DNA of 64,000 bases from a virus (Duplodnaviria; Caudoviricetes). The stretch's first letter is position 1. Each line of letters starts with the position of its first letter. A program made the position numbers and the translations under genes. The stretch lies in IMG/VR virus record IMGVR_UViG_3300049740_002155. One strand, given 5' to 3'. Positions 9,203 to 20,800 of the stretch are shown in pieces. The notes under the pieces were generated by a model. The model had not been told where the DNA came from. It made no database searches and saw only the letters and a list, made by a program, of their open reading frames with translations.

Positions 9203-10474
9203 ATGGAAAAGTTAGACAAGGCAGATAAAGATATGCTAATAGAATGTGTATCTGGTGGTGTAAATAATCTTGAGTTTTTGTCTAAAAAATCATCAACAAG
9301 AATTAATGTGTATAAGATTCTTGCGAATGATCGTCCAAGTGCAAGAAGAAAAGTTCAAGCAAGACTTAGAAAAGAAAAAATACGATTCACCGAAAAGAAA
9401 ACTAATTTATCAAGTGAATCAATCACAGAATTCAATCGTGGACAACTTATAGTACGGATTTTGTATAAACCACTACGGGGTGGTATGACTGAAACTACAT
9501 TAAATTCTACGATTACTGAACTTGTGCCATGTTTAATGTTCCATAACAACATCAATACAAGTGATGTCAATAAACTACAAACCGAGTTATTTAAATTAAA
9601 ACATTCATCTCAAAAGTGCTATGTAGATGTCGCAGACTCGGTAAACGGTTTAAAATTTATTGAAAGATTTGAAACATCTTCAAAATACAATGAAAAAATG
9701 AAGAACGCAATGGCAGTATATAAGTTTTTATGTGAAACAAACAAAAAGAAACCCATAAAAACAGTCTATTGGACATATCGCAGAAAACCAGCAGGAGTTC
9801 CAAGTAATTCCCCTGCTGACATTGTAATTTGTTTTCAGGACAGAGAACTTTTGGGAGTGAGTCTTAAAGCAGGAACTAGTTCAAGTAAAGAACCTTTGCT
9901 TAACACTTATATAAATCCTATATTTGATTATTTTGATTCAAGTAAAACTTCTGCATTACGAAAGAAACTTTATACATCAGTATACAATAAAATAGAAAAT
10001 ATACCTTCAATAGAAAACTACGATAAGTCGCAAAAAAAGCAAACACTTGAACTTTTAGATTTACTTGAAAGAACCGACTTAAAAAGATACAATGACTTGT
10101 ACGATGATTCTCTTAAAATAATACGAGACAATCTTGTAAAAACTCTTGTAAGTGATAAAAAGAAGTTTTTAGATTACTTGAAGTATGCAGTCTTAAAAGA
10201 AAGTAATGTTCCTGTGATAATAATAAAAGCATCTGGTTCATCGTTTGAAGAAAAAAAAGATTCCAATAAACTTAAAAAACTTCTTCCACAAATAGTTTCA
10301 ATAGATGCAAAGATCACAAGTTCATCTAAACAAAATTTTTGTATACTATTAAAAGGGAAAACGGGAATTATTGGTAAAACGAATTGGTCCGTGAGAAGTA
10401 ATAAGGTGGGAGTCGACCATAAACTTGGCCAATTTTTTAATATGGCAGTCAAATACAATGGTTTAGATTATTAA
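9203..10474 (+). CDS. Putative PD-(D/E)xK endonuclease (restriction/homing-like)
   Basis: NSPADIV...GVSLKAG catalytic-type motif; ATG at 9203. Confidence 0.55.
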   Translation: MEKLDKADKDMLIECVSGGVNNLEFLSKKSSTRINVYKILANDRPSARRKVQARLRKEKIRFTEKKTNLSSESITEFNRGQLIVRILYKPLRGGMTETTLNSTITELVPCLMFHNNINTSDVNKLQTELFKLKHSSQKCYVDVADSVNGLKFIERFETSSKYNEKMKNAMAVYKFLCETNKKKPIKTVYWTYRRKPAGVPSNSPADIVICFQDRELLGVSLKAGTSSSKEPLLNTYINPIFDYFDSSKTSALRKKLYTSVYNKIENIPSIENYDKSQKKQTLELLDLLERTDLKRYNDLYDDSLKIIRDNLVKTLVSDKKKFLDYLKYAVLKESNVPVIIIKASGSSFEEKKDSNKLKKLLPQIVSIDAKITSSSKQNFCILLKGKTGIIGKTNWSVRSNKVGVDHKLGQFFNMAVKYNGLDY

Positions 10475-10866
10475 CCATTTTGTTTCCATTCTTCACCTTC
10501 ATCATCTCCAAAGTCCTCGATGTCTTCAACTTCATCAAAATCCGTATAGGCATCAAGGTATTTACTTTCATCAGATGTAAAGTGATTTATATCATGCAAA
10601 AACAAATGACCATCAAAAGTAGGATATTTTTCACGAAACTTCTTTTCAAACTCAACAAACTTTTCAAGTGTCAAAGTTTCATAAGGAAAATCAATACAGG
10701 CCTCAATGTCTTCTCCAAATGTACCACCTGCAGAACCTTTAAAAGATTCAACAAAATCTAAAATTTCATCTACACGGGCATCAATTTCAGCATCATTTAT
10801 ACCAACGAAACCATATTCTTTACCACGGATGGAGATACCGTGTTTTATGTCAAAAAGTCCTTCCAT
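10471..10866 (-). CDS. Acidic hypothetical protein
   Basis: Start at MEGLF (10866), preceded on - strand by ATATTTAT; acidic tail. Confidence 0.6.
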   Translation of the reverse strand: MEGLFDIKHGISIRGKEYGFVGINDAEIDARVDEILDFVESFKGSAGGTFGEDIEACIDFPYETLTLEKFVEFEKKFREKYPTFDGHLFLHDINHFTSDESKYLDAYTDFDEVEDIEDFGDDEGEEWKQNG

Positions 10867-10919
10867 GTTAAACATAAATATCAAAAAAAAATAGAAACAT
10901 ATATATATTCGCATTTTGC

Positions 10920-10948
10920 TTGACTTTTTATAGTTTTTTTAATAGTAT
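10920..10948 (+). promoter_or_regulatory. Early promoter (likely leaderless mRNA)
   Basis: TTGACT-17-TAGTAT, ATG 35 nt from -35 start. Confidence 0.7.
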
Positions 10949-10954
10949 TTAAAA

Positions 10955-11611
10955 ATGAGAGAATCTGTTATAGAAAAATATAATAAAGGTGTAATTCTGC
11001 ATTTTCATAAAAGTATGCATGATAATTGCAAGTGGGACAAAAACAATAGCACTTGGAATGTGCTTAAAAAGAGATATGATAATGGTCAACGTGACTCGCA
11101 AATGCAAAAACTTTATGATGCTGAGTATTCTTTAATTCCATGTTCTCCCAAAGATAATCTTAGTTTTGATGAATTGATTTACAAAATAAACGAGGTGGTC
11201 AATCATACTTGGTTTAGAAAAAAGTTCGGAAGACTTTTCTCGGACACAGTATTGAAAGTGGAAAATGCAAGTTCTCGTCAGAATATGGCATACGCATTTG
11301 GTACAGATTTGCTATCATTTCCACCTCACTTTTGTAATGTACCAATCATTTTACACGAATTAACACATATTATAGTAGATAGATTACATTTTGTGGTAAA
11401 CATGAACAAAAGTTATACTACTCACGGAAGAATGTTTGCTTTTATTTATCTTGAACTCGTTAAGAAATTTATGGGTGATCGTAGTTACACTATTCTTAAA
11501 ACTGGATACAAAAACTATAATGTTAAGTATCGTAATAGAATTCCACAAACTTCAGCAAAAAAGAAAATACTAAGAGAAAGATTAAAAGTTATAAAAAGTC
11601 AAAATGTATAA
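10955..11611 (+). CDS. HExxH zinc metallohydrolase (Rv0185/SprT-like)
   Basis: QRDSQMQKLYDAE, ILHELTH and HGRMFAFIYLELV motifs. Confidence 0.7.
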   Translation: MRESVIEKYNKGVILHFHKSMHDNCKWDKNNSTWNVLKKRYDNGQRDSQMQKLYDAEYSLIPCSPKDNLSFDELIYKINEVVNHTWFRKKFGRLFSDTVLKVENASSRQNMAYAFGTDLLSFPPHFCNVPIILHELTHIIVDRLHFVVNMNKSYTTHGRMFAFIYLELVKKFMGDRSYTILKTGYKNYNVKYRNRIPQTSAKKKILRERLKVIKSQNV

Positions 11612-11623
11612 TATTTATATTTT

Positions 11624-11767
11624 GTGTTAGACAAAATACTTGATAAACTTAGTTGGATAATTGCATATATGTGCTTACCTATAACATATCCTATTCATTA
11701 TTTCAGAATGAAAGAACTTGATAAAAAGATAGCAAACGAAAGAAAAGAACGAGAAGCACATCTTTGA
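11624..11767 (+). CDS. 47-aa microprotein (below track cutoff)
   Basis: GTG start 4 nt after ATATTTATA; MLDKILDKLSWIIAYMCLPITYPIHYFRMKELDKK... Confidence 0.45.
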   Translation: MLDKILDKLSWIIAYMCLPITYPIHYFRMKELDKKIANERKEREAHL

Positions 11768-12071
11768 AGATAAAATACTATAAAAGGGGTTGACACAATT
11801 AGTATTTTGTAATATATTTGTTACTTTATGAATATTTTAAAGAATAGCAAATGTAATCAGCAATGTGCTAATAATACATTTGAGGCGGACAACAATAATG
11901 TCATATATGGTGATGCTAACCATATCAGGGGTGTGGATAGAAAGTATAACTTTTTATAAAAACTCTTTAATTATAGTAAAAAAGCAAAACATTATTATAA
12001 TTATAATAAAGTCCTTCATAACGAAGGCACGTTTTCAATTAAGAAAACATAGAACATAAGGAAATAGCAAA

Positions 12072-12305
12072 ATGAAAGCAATATTCGAAAAAGTAAATGG
12101 ATTCGTTAAGGGCTTGACTGGTATTTTTCTCGGAGTTGTAGGACTCGGAGTTGCTGGTCAAATCGTTCTTGGTGATAAAGTTGGACTCGATGTTATCGGT
12201 AACCTTCAAGGTATCGTTGACGGGTTCGTTGGTGAAGGTGCAAGTCTTGCAGGTTTAATTACTCTGCTTGTAGTTTTAGCATTGATCGCTGGTGACGACA
12301 AGTAA
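12072..12305 (+). CDS. Small hydrophobic membrane protein (77 aa), paralog of C-terminal half of 63084..63572
   Basis: AAGGA RBS; Gly-rich hydrophobic helices; LGD..GLDVIGNLQGIVD...LAGLITLL. Confidence 0.8.
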   Translation: MKAIFEKVNGFVKGLTGIFLGVVGLGVAGQIVLGDKVGLDVIGNLQGIVDGFVGEGASLAGLITLLVVLALIAGDDK

Positions 12306-12355
12306 ACTATACTAGGTAACACCTAGAATATGTCTGAGCAATCAGGCTTTAGTTT

Positions 12356-12394
12356 TGTACCCCTTTCCTTATGGTCTGGGGTACATTTCTTTTA
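12356..12394 (+). terminator. Rho-independent terminator
   Basis: TGTACCCC/GGGGTACA stem followed by T-rich tract. Confidence 0.6.
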
Positions 12395-12437
12395 TAAAGG
12401 TATTGATAATCTGTATTGAATTTGTTAAAATACTTTT

Positions 12438-14192
12438 ATGCTTATTCTTCCAAAAAGTGTTTTGTCGTGCGTAGATAATTACGATGATCGTATTCGTGCT
12501 TTGTGCGAGCATTTTGTAAATGAAGTAACATGGAACGAAACTTACGAAAATCGTTTGTGCGAAGAATTTGATATTATTCAGCAAAAGAACTTTATTCAAT
12601 GCTTTGAACAAGTAACTTATATTGTGAGTTATATGCGTTCGCAGAATATTCCGCACGTTTTGCGTGGAAGTGGTGCGTGTAGTTTAGTTTGTTACTTGCT
12701 TGGTATTACTCATATTGATCCTGTGAAAGAGAATATGGCATTAGCACGATTTATGAACTTTCATAGAAACGATCAACCTGATATTGATTTGGATGTTCCA
12801 CATTATTATCGTGATGACATATTAAAGCATTTATATGAAAAGTATCCGAATCGTGTTGCAAGAATCAGCAACGATGTCAAGTATTCCGAGAAAACTGCGT
12901 TGCGAGAAGTTATGCGTAAATACGGATTTCGTAAACAACTTCCACGGAATTTTAAAGTGGAGCATTATTTTCTTGATCCAACTGATGTTGCCAAGATTTA
13001 TGCTGAAGCAGATAAATTAATCGGTGAACATAATCATTGGTCTTTGCATTGTGGTGGAATTATTGTGTATGATGATAAAGTGCCTGAAAAGGATATTCTC
13101 AAAGACAATCAAATAAAACTCACAAAATACGATGTAGAAGAACAAAATTTAATTAAAATAGATTTGCTTTGCAATCGTGGATTAAGTCAGTTGTGGGATA
13201 TAAATAAAAAATTGGTACATGAATATCCTGTTAACGATGAAAATGTAGAAGAGTTATTCAGAAACGGAGATGTTATCGGATTAACACAAGCAGAATCACG
13301 AACGATGCGTAAATGCGTTATGGCAATTCAACCTAAAAGTTACAAAGACCTTGCATTGTGTCTTGCTATAATTCGTCCTGCGGCTGCTGACAACAAACGC
13401 AAAAAGAATTACTTTGAAGATTATACATCAGGTAATAAAAATCATATGTTGATATATGACGATGATAGCATTTATTATATTGCAGAAGTTCTTGGATGTG
13501 ATTATGGAACTGCTGATGCTTATCGTAGAGCATTCAAACGAAACGAAACGACACGCATAGAAGATTTCCAAAATACTTACGACAACAAAATGCTGAATAG
13601 TACATCTTCTACATTCAACGACAAAACACAATACTCTCAGTTGCGTGAGTTGGACAAGTATTCGTTTTGCAAAGGTCATGCTCTTGCGTATGGTCAACTT
13701 GTATGGGCATTAGCATACAACAAGCATTATCACGCAGAAAAATTTTGGGAAAGCACTCTTAAAAACAATCAAAGCAGTTATCGTAAATGGGTTCATATTC
13801 GTGAAGCACAGATTGCAGGTGTATTTGTTCCAAACAAAAACCATTTTATGAGTAGCAAAGATCAATTTCTTAAACAAGGATGGTGGACAGGTGAAGAGTT
13901 TTTACCAGGATGCTTTCTTGAACCATACGAAGATGAACCGAATGTTTATATGTTTCGTGGTATAATTGCGAATAGTCGTACTTTACGAAAGTTCGGCAAA
14001 ACAACACGTATGATTACTATTGGATACGACAACGGAAAATTTTTGGACTTAATTGTTGAAGGAGATGTTTGGTGTGGTAATCATACAATTATTCAGGGTG
14101 TCGGGGAAATAACAACGCATTGTAATTGCGAAAGTATGAAAGTAATCAAGATGTGGAAAACTTGGTTTGACAAAAAGCATTATTCTTTCTAA
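12438..14192 (+). CDS. dnaE: Family C DNA polymerase (DnaE-like), truncated: lacks PHP domain
   Basis: LRGSGACSLVCYLLGITHIDP, QPDIDLD, HCGGII, KIDLL, YSFCKGHALAY; only 584 aa. Confidence 0.85.
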   Translation: MLILPKSVLSCVDNYDDRIRALCEHFVNEVTWNETYENRLCEEFDIIQQKNFIQCFEQVTYIVSYMRSQNIPHVLRGSGACSLVCYLLGITHIDPVKENMALARFMNFHRNDQPDIDLDVPHYYRDDILKHLYEKYPNRVARISNDVKYSEKTALREVMRKYGFRKQLPRNFKVEHYFLDPTDVAKIYAEADKLIGEHNHWSLHCGGIIVYDDKVPEKDILKDNQIKLTKYDVEEQNLIKIDLLCNRGLSQLWDINKKLVHEYPVNDENVEELFRNGDVIGLTQAESRTMRKCVMAIQPKSYKDLALCLAIIRPAAADNKRKKNYFEDYTSGNKNHMLIYDDDSIYYIAEVLGCDYGTADAYRRAFKRNETTRIEDFQNTYDNKMLNSTSSTFNDKTQYSQLRELDKYSFCKGHALAYGQLVWALAYNKHYHAEKFWESTLKNNQSSYRKWVHIREAQIAGVFVPNKNHFMSSKDQFLKQGWWTGEEFLPGCFLEPYEDEPNVYMFRGIIANSRTLRKFGKTTRMITIGYDNGKFLDLIVEGDVWCGNHTIIQGVGEITTHCNCESMKVIKMWKTWFDKKHYSF

Positions 14193-14447
14193 TTGATATT
14201 TATATTAATATGATACAATTACTTATTGATGATAGTTTAATAAATTACGAGTATGGACAAGAACTAGAAAGTCCTGTCAGAGCAAAGTTTTTAATTTCAG
14301 ATACAGAGATACCTGAAATAGAAGTTTTAATGGAACTTGCAGACGATGGAATTCTTGAAATTAACTTACCTTACACAACTACAATTGAGGGAAAGCATTA
14401 TTATTCACTTCCGTATAAATTATTTACCTCGATTGACTTAACAATTG
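14164..14447. repeat. Near-identical direct repeat of 17815-18088 (upstream region plus first ~79 codons)
   Basis: GGTTTGACAAAAAGCATTATTCTTTCTAATTGATATTTATATTAATATGATACAATTAC... shared; core also at 21413-21439. Confidence 0.95.
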
Positions 14448-17400
14448 AGGGACCTACTGAGAATAATATTTCGCAAAATAATTACAAAATTCCAACATTG
14501 GGTGGTAATCACAAAGCAGTTGGTATGTATTCTCGTTCAATTCACGCAAATGCTAATTTTCTATGGATTTCAAATGAATCTATGCCAACTGGACAAACTC
14601 CTATTTGGGATATTCGTGAAGATGGACCACCAAAATATTTAGGTTTGTTTGCTTCTTGGGGAACAGCTGAAGCACTTGTATCAAACAAAAATCCTATGCT
14701 GAATATAAGTAATACAAATATTTTTACTATAAATGATGCAAATGATGGAATATTTTATACATTTGATTTAACAAATTTCATGGAATATATTGATGATGAA
14801 GAAGATAATATAAATAATATTTGGGCATTTGATACCGATGGAATGAAAGTAGTTTATACATTTACTCATGCTAGACATCCATATAAAAAAGCAGAATACG
14901 AAGCACTTGGGGCAGGAACTATAAGTGGATATTCAGAAAACGGAGGTGGTTCTGGTATACCCGCCAATTCTGGTGGTTCTGATGGACAGGTAGGTTCACG
15001 TGCAAGTAATAGAGGATGTTGTTTGTATACAATCGATGATGTTACTTATGCGTATCAATGTGTAAGAAATAGTTGGTGGTCATATGATTATGGTCTTTTA
15101 ACTGTTGCAAGTATCAATAAAAACGATCCTACTATACACAATTGGACTACGCATGGTGAAAAACGAGCAATTGATTTAAACAATCCATCTGGTGATAATT
15201 TTATTTGCAAACAACCCATGATTGTAAAATCACCATATAATGATTCTGAAGACCGTGTGTATTTGTATATGATTTCAGAATCTTCACACGAAGCATTAAT
15301 TTATAGAATTGATGATGATCCAACTTTGAGTGGATATTTTGAGGGTACTAAGCAACCAATTCATACAGATAAGGTATTTGCACATGACATTGGAGTTAAC
15401 GAAAGAACTGATGAAACAAGTTTTATTGTTTCAAAAATACCAGAGGATGTTGATATGCCAACTGAATTTGATGATTTTGTAGAATCGTCACCTTCGTATT
15501 CTGGTGACACAACTCCTTCTTTTATAGTTACGGATGTAAGTGACCCTGAGAATCCAGTTTTAGCATCTGTTGTTTATATGAATATGTTTTCTACACCACC
15601 AAGTGATGAAGAATCAGAGTGGAACGAGAACACAAACTCTGCAATCGCAGAATTTAGTTTTACAACTGCAAAACACTGTTCTTCATGTAAGTCTTTAATA
15701 GTAACTGCGTGGAATTCAAATGAAGTATATAGTGTAGACATGGCAGACATATATGCACCAAAACCTGTGTGGAAATACTCTTTAAATAGGACATACCAAG
15801 ATTCTGTTGATAATCATGTAGAAAGATGTATTGTAAGAAGAACTCCTGGATCTGATATTTGGTGGGATCATGAAATATTTGTATTAGCAGGAAGTGATGG
15901 ATCAAACGATGAAATGGAAATAATTCATTTAACGAATGTGCCAGATGGTTACGGATCAGGACAACTTGTCCGTGATAATTTAGTCGATATAACCGACGAA
16001 GATATGGAGGGTAATTTCTTATGCTATTCTCCTGGAGTTAAAAACCATTCATTTACTGATATTGATTCATTTGTAAGTTTATCTAACGAACTGGAAACTG
16101 CGGAAAACGGAGAATACAATAAACTTAATATAAAATTTAGTGATGATTTTGATTTCAATACTCCTACTTTTACATCTAAAACACTTTTTAATAATATAAC
16201 TGAATCAGATAGAAGTGCTAATACATTTGTAAGTGGAGATGTTTCGTATTGTCATTTTGACGAAATTCCAACATCAGAGTTTTATGGATGGTGTCCATTA
16301 TCCAAGAATTCATCTTCTCAAATGAAGCAAGACGATGGAACATCGGGAATAAAATTTAACTTAAAGGGTAACCGAGATGCACAAGGAAATAATACTCAAG
16401 TGAATAATTTTGCGATAGTTTACGGTGCACCTTGGATTAAAGATGCGTCTGTTGTTGATAATACTATTATTGGTCTTGGTTATGGAGAAAATAAAGAATA
16501 CTATAAACCAGTTGGAGAAGGTGGAAGTGCTTCTTGGTACGACAAATGGGTGAAAAATAATTGGTCTGGTGCGGGTATTGCATTTGCAAGATATTCTGCT
16601 GGTTATAGTATTGAAAATCTTGATTTTAATGATATTAAAGTTAAATCTTCTTCTATGAGGACCTCTGTATTTGCATCTACTTGCTATGGAGATGTCAAAG
16701 TAAATAATTGTAGTTTTACAGGTTCGATGGAAACATTAAGTTATCATTGTTGGGATGCTGGTATATTTTTTAGTAATTCGTATGAAGATTCGTCTTCAAA
16801 CGGAACAATTACTATGAATAATGTAAATATTGACTTTTATATAAGAGGTGGTAAATATTCAGCAGGTATGATCGGTGGTGTATTAAGAAAACGGTCTACA
16901 CCTATTGTTCATCGTTTTTCTAATATTACAATCAATGGATATAATAATACTGAATATTGGGGTATTCGTAATTTTGTTGAAAATCCTTCGTTGCATATTG
17001 GGAACTTTTATCCATCTTGTTTTATGGCTGTAGTACAAGCAAATAATAATATGGTTTTAGATAATGTTACTATAAATGCAGACTTGTCTTCATATAAAGG
17101 AGATTCGGGAGGAAATTCAGGTGGCATTTTATTCGGTAGATTATTAGGTGATGCAAGTGGAACAACTGAAATAGTTTTAAAAAATGTTCATTTAAATGGA
17201 GATTTTCTTTATTCATCTGATATCGGACAAAGTGGTACATCGGCTGCTTGCTTCGTAAATGACGCAGAGAATAATAACAATCCTGCAAATAAAACTGGAC
17301 GTGGTTTGTATCCATATGATCCACTTGATTCAAATTTGACAGATACTCAAAAAGATGAATTGTCACCTTCACCATACGGAAATTATAATACCGATGAAGA

Positions 17401-17782
17401 TACTGAAAAAACTGAAAATGGTAGATCATGCTCATATTTAGGACATTATTTAATAGGTGGATATGTTCGCACAGGTTATTTAAAATTTAGTTTATATAAT
17501 TTTAATATAAAAGGTCAGCAAATATTTGCGAATGAATTCGTAAGTGCAAATTTAATGGATTGGAACTCATCCATTCATCATTATATCAACGATGAAGGAC
17601 CATTTTATGCTAAAGAAGAAGTTGCGAATGGTAATAGTAATAACGGACAATCAACAAAAGTAGCAGTTAATTCAGAGGGTTCGGATAAAACATTTCATTA
17701 TTGGAAACCAGATGATCCGACTTCAGATGCGTTGACCAAGAAATTTATGATAAACGATGTAGACGCAAGTTACAATATTTAA
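14210..17782 (+). CDS. Large adhesin/fibre-like virion protein 1: shared N-terminal domain, beta-propeller-like region, beta-helix-like region
   Basis: N-terminus nearly identical to 17851; IVTDVSDPENP-type propeller blades; C-terminal ~560 aa homologous to 17851. Confidence 0.6.
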   Translation: MIQLLIDDSLINYEYGQELESPVRAKFLISDTEIPEIEVLMELADDGILEINLPYTTTIEGKHYYSLPYKLFTSIDLTIEGPTENNISQNNYKIPTLGGNHKAVGMYSRSIHANANFLWISNESMPTGQTPIWDIREDGPPKYLGLFASWGTAEALVSNKNPMLNISNTNIFTINDANDGIFYTFDLTNFMEYIDDEEDNINNIWAFDTDGMKVVYTFTHARHPYKKAEYEALGAGTISGYSENGGGSGIPANSGGSDGQVGSRASNRGCCLYTIDDVTYAYQCVRNSWWSYDYGLLTVASINKNDPTIHNWTTHGEKRAIDLNNPSGDNFICKQPMIVKSPYNDSEDRVYLYMISESSHEALIYRIDDDPTLSGYFEGTKQPIHTDKVFAHDIGVNERTDETSFIVSKIPEDVDMPTEFDDFVESSPSYSGDTTPSFIVTDVSDPENPVLASVVYMNMFSTPPSDEESEWNENTNSAIAEFSFTTAKHCSSCKSLIVTAWNSNEVYSVDMADIYAPKPVWKYSLNRTYQDSVDNHVERCIVRRTPGSDIWWDHEIFVLAGSDGSNDEMEIIHLTNVPDGYGSGQLVRDNLVDITDEDMEGNFLCYSPGVKNHSFTDIDSFVSLSNELETAENGEYNKLNIKFSDDFDFNTPTFTSKTLFNNITESDRSANTFVSGDVSYCHFDEIPTSEFYGWCPLSKNSSSQMKQDDGTSGIKFNLKGNRDAQGNNTQVNNFAIVYGAPWIKDASVVDNTIIGLGYGENKEYYKPVGEGGSASWYDKWVKNNWSGAGIAFARYSAGYSIENLDFNDIKVKSSSMRTSVFASTCYGDVKVNNCSFTGSMETLSYHCWDAGIFFSNSYEDSSSNGTITMNNVNIDFYIRGGKYSAGMIGGVLRKRSTPIVHRFSNITINGYNNTEYWGIRNFVENPSLHIGNFYPSCFMAVVQANNNMVLDNVTINADLSSYKGDSGGNSGGILFGRLLGDASGTTEIVLKNVHLNGDFLYSSDIGQSGTSAACFVNDAENNNNPANKTGRGLYPYDPLDSNLTDTQKDELSPSPYGNYNTDEDTEKTENGRSCSYLGHYLIGGYVRTGYLKFSLYNFNIKGQQIFANEFVSANLMDWNSSIHHYINDEGPFYAKEEVANGNSNNGQSTKVAVNSEGSDKTFHYWKPDDPTSDALTKKFMINDVDASYNI

Positions 17783-17850
17783 TCAATTTATTCTTGGTTG
17801 AATTGGTTTGACAAAAAGCATTATTCTTTCTAATTGATATTTATATTAAT

Positions 17851-20800
17851 ATGATACAATTACTTATTGATGATAGTTTAATAAATTACGAGTATGGACA
17901 AGAACTAGAAAGCCCGAACCGTGCTAAGTTTTTAATTTCAGATACAGAGATACCTGAAATAGAGGTTATAATGGAACTTGCAGACGATGGAATTCTTGAA
18001 ATTAACTTGCCTTACACAACTACAATTGAGGGAAAGCATTATTATTCACTTCCGTATAAATTATTTACTTCTATTGACTTAACAATTGGTGGTACAGGTG
18101 GAGATAGTATTGTAACTGGAAGTTTTAGTACATTATCGTCTTTGATAACTGAGGTTATGGAAGTTGATGCAGAAAAATACATTATTAATATAGAAAACGA
18201 TATAAATTGTGCATCATTATCAGAAAGAACTATATTTGACACAGACAGGACCTCGTTGAGTCTCGATGAAACCACATTCACCACTACTATTGAGGGTGAA
18301 AGTGTTGTAATAAATCATTTTGATGAATTAGCAGATGGAGATAAATCTGGATGGACACCACTTGGTTGGTCACGTGAGAACGCAGAGGATGAAACAGTTG
18401 CTCCAACGCAACCTGACGGAACTACTGGTATTATTTTTGAAATCAAAGGAACTGGTGATACAAGAAAAACATTATCTAACTTTAAACTGAATTTAAAAGC
18501 ACCGTGGAAAGAAATTGGTGATTACAATAACACAACACTTGAAGGATTTGGAATAACAAAGTCAAAATATCCATGTGGTAGTGTATCCGACACTCAGTCA
18601 TTTATCAATGGACCAAGATTGGCATTTGCAAGACACTGTGCCGGATATAAATTAAATAATGTCAATTTTACAAACATCGATTTTAAATCATCTACACGTT
18701 CTCCTTCATTATTTGCGGTTAATGTTTATGGTGATATAAATGTTGACGGTGTTAATATTACAGGTGACTTTATGGCACAAGCAGTTAGTTGTTATGATAT
18801 GGGTTTATTTTTTGCATGGCACAACAGTGGAAATACCAGTATTAAAAATGTTAACATTGATGTACAAATGAGGTCAGGTAGATGGTCTTCGGCTATGATG
18901 GGAAGTAGTTATGCAACTGCAACTTCTCAACCTCGGTTTCATGTTTTTGAAAATATTGTTTTAAATGGTTATCATAATTCAGAATGGTGGCAGGAGTGTG
19001 ATCGTCTTGGTGGATCATCAACTGACGGTGGTGGCAAAGTAGGTGTGTTTATTGGTACAGTTCGTGCGGGTAATAATATAACTTGTAAAAATGTTGTAAT
19101 AAACGCAAATGTTACAACATATCGTGGTTATTGGTCAAATGAAAGTGGGTATATGTTTGGAATGGTGAAAGGTTCTGAAGATTTTTCAACCACAATTACT
19201 TTGGATAATGTAAAACTCAATGGAGATATGCTATGGTCATATGGTTCGGCTCATGCATCATGCTTTGATGATGATATAATGAATCCGAGTGGAAAAGAAG
19301 GATATGGAGTATATCCATATGATCCATTAGATTCATCTTTAAGTGAGCAAGATAAAATAGATTATAGACCACCGTACGTAACAAACAGACGAGCATCTGA
19401 GTTAAATGGTGAACGAACGGAAAGACCTTGTGGTTGGCATGGTTATTATTTAATCGGACATTCGTATCACTATGTCAATTTAAATTTAAAAGATTTTGAA
19501 ATTCAAGGAACTCAATATTATGCAAATGAAATTCTTGATTTAGGAATTATAAAACCGACTTATGAAACAGGATGGCCTTCTACCCATCATCCTATTCATG
19601 TTTATATAAACGGAGAAGGACCTTTTTATTACCACGAACCTTGGGCAAACAATAATAGTAAAGATGGAACATCGAATGTAGTAGAAGTTTCATCGGAACT
19701 TTCCGAAAAGAAATTTAAGTATTATTCACCGAACGATCCTACAGATGATGCTTTGAATAAAAGATTTAATATAAATGATATAAAACAAACTACTTCATTA
19801 TCCACATCCGTTTCTGCATCGTCCACCACATTGCAAGTAGTTACAACTGCCGATATGAGTGTTGGTGATAAAGTTATATTAGCACAAGGAACAGAAAAAG
19901 AAGAAGAAAATGAAATTGCGAGTTTCGGATCAATCGTTTTAAAATACCCGTTAACTTATGATCATGATTCAAATACAGAGATACAGATAATTGCAAAATC
20001 TGAAATTGAAGTAATTCCACTTACTAACAACTATAATCTTAGTCTTGATGGAGTAAATGGATATGCCAGTACCGAGTTAAGTGTTGCAGGAGCATCTGCT
20101 TTAACAGTTTCTGCTTGGGTTAAATTGGACTCTTTATCAGAAACAAGAGGATTTGTAACTCAATATGTTGCTGGTGATAATCGCACTTTTCGGTTGGCTT
20201 ATTTTCCTAATCTTCAAAGTATGTGGTTTGAGGTTTACGGTCCTAACTCTTATGCAGGATTCAAGGATGGGAATTTACTTGCTGATACATGGTATCATGT
20301 CGCAGGAGTGTACAATGGTACTAATACAGTGTGTTATGTCAACGGAGTTGCATCAACTACTACATCAGGTCTTCATGCATCGGGTACCGGTAACTTAGAT
20401 TCATGCACCGACAATATTGATATTGGACGAATGGCAAATGCTGAATACATGAAAGGTAATATTGATGAAGTGGGAATATGGACATCTGCATTATCTGCCT
20501 CTGATATTAACTCAATATTTAATGAGGGAGTACCTAATGATTTACCCCATTCACCTTTGGCATGGTATCGTATGGGAGATAATGACGATGGAGCAGGAAC
20601 TATTATTACAGACCAAGGAAGTGGTGAAAATAATGCAACTTTGCAAGGATCGGCAAAAATTTATCCACCAATTCCGTATAGTGTAGAATTCACAGGTTCA
20701 GCTGCTTATATGGATACTGGTTCTACATTTCAATCTACTTTTCAAAGTGATTTCTCTATATCATGTTGGTTTAAACAAAATTCGTCTTCGTCTTTTATGG

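Noticed and set aside
11932-11940. DnaA-box-like TGTGGATAG
   Set aside because: Single mismatched copy inside a small ORF; expected by chance.
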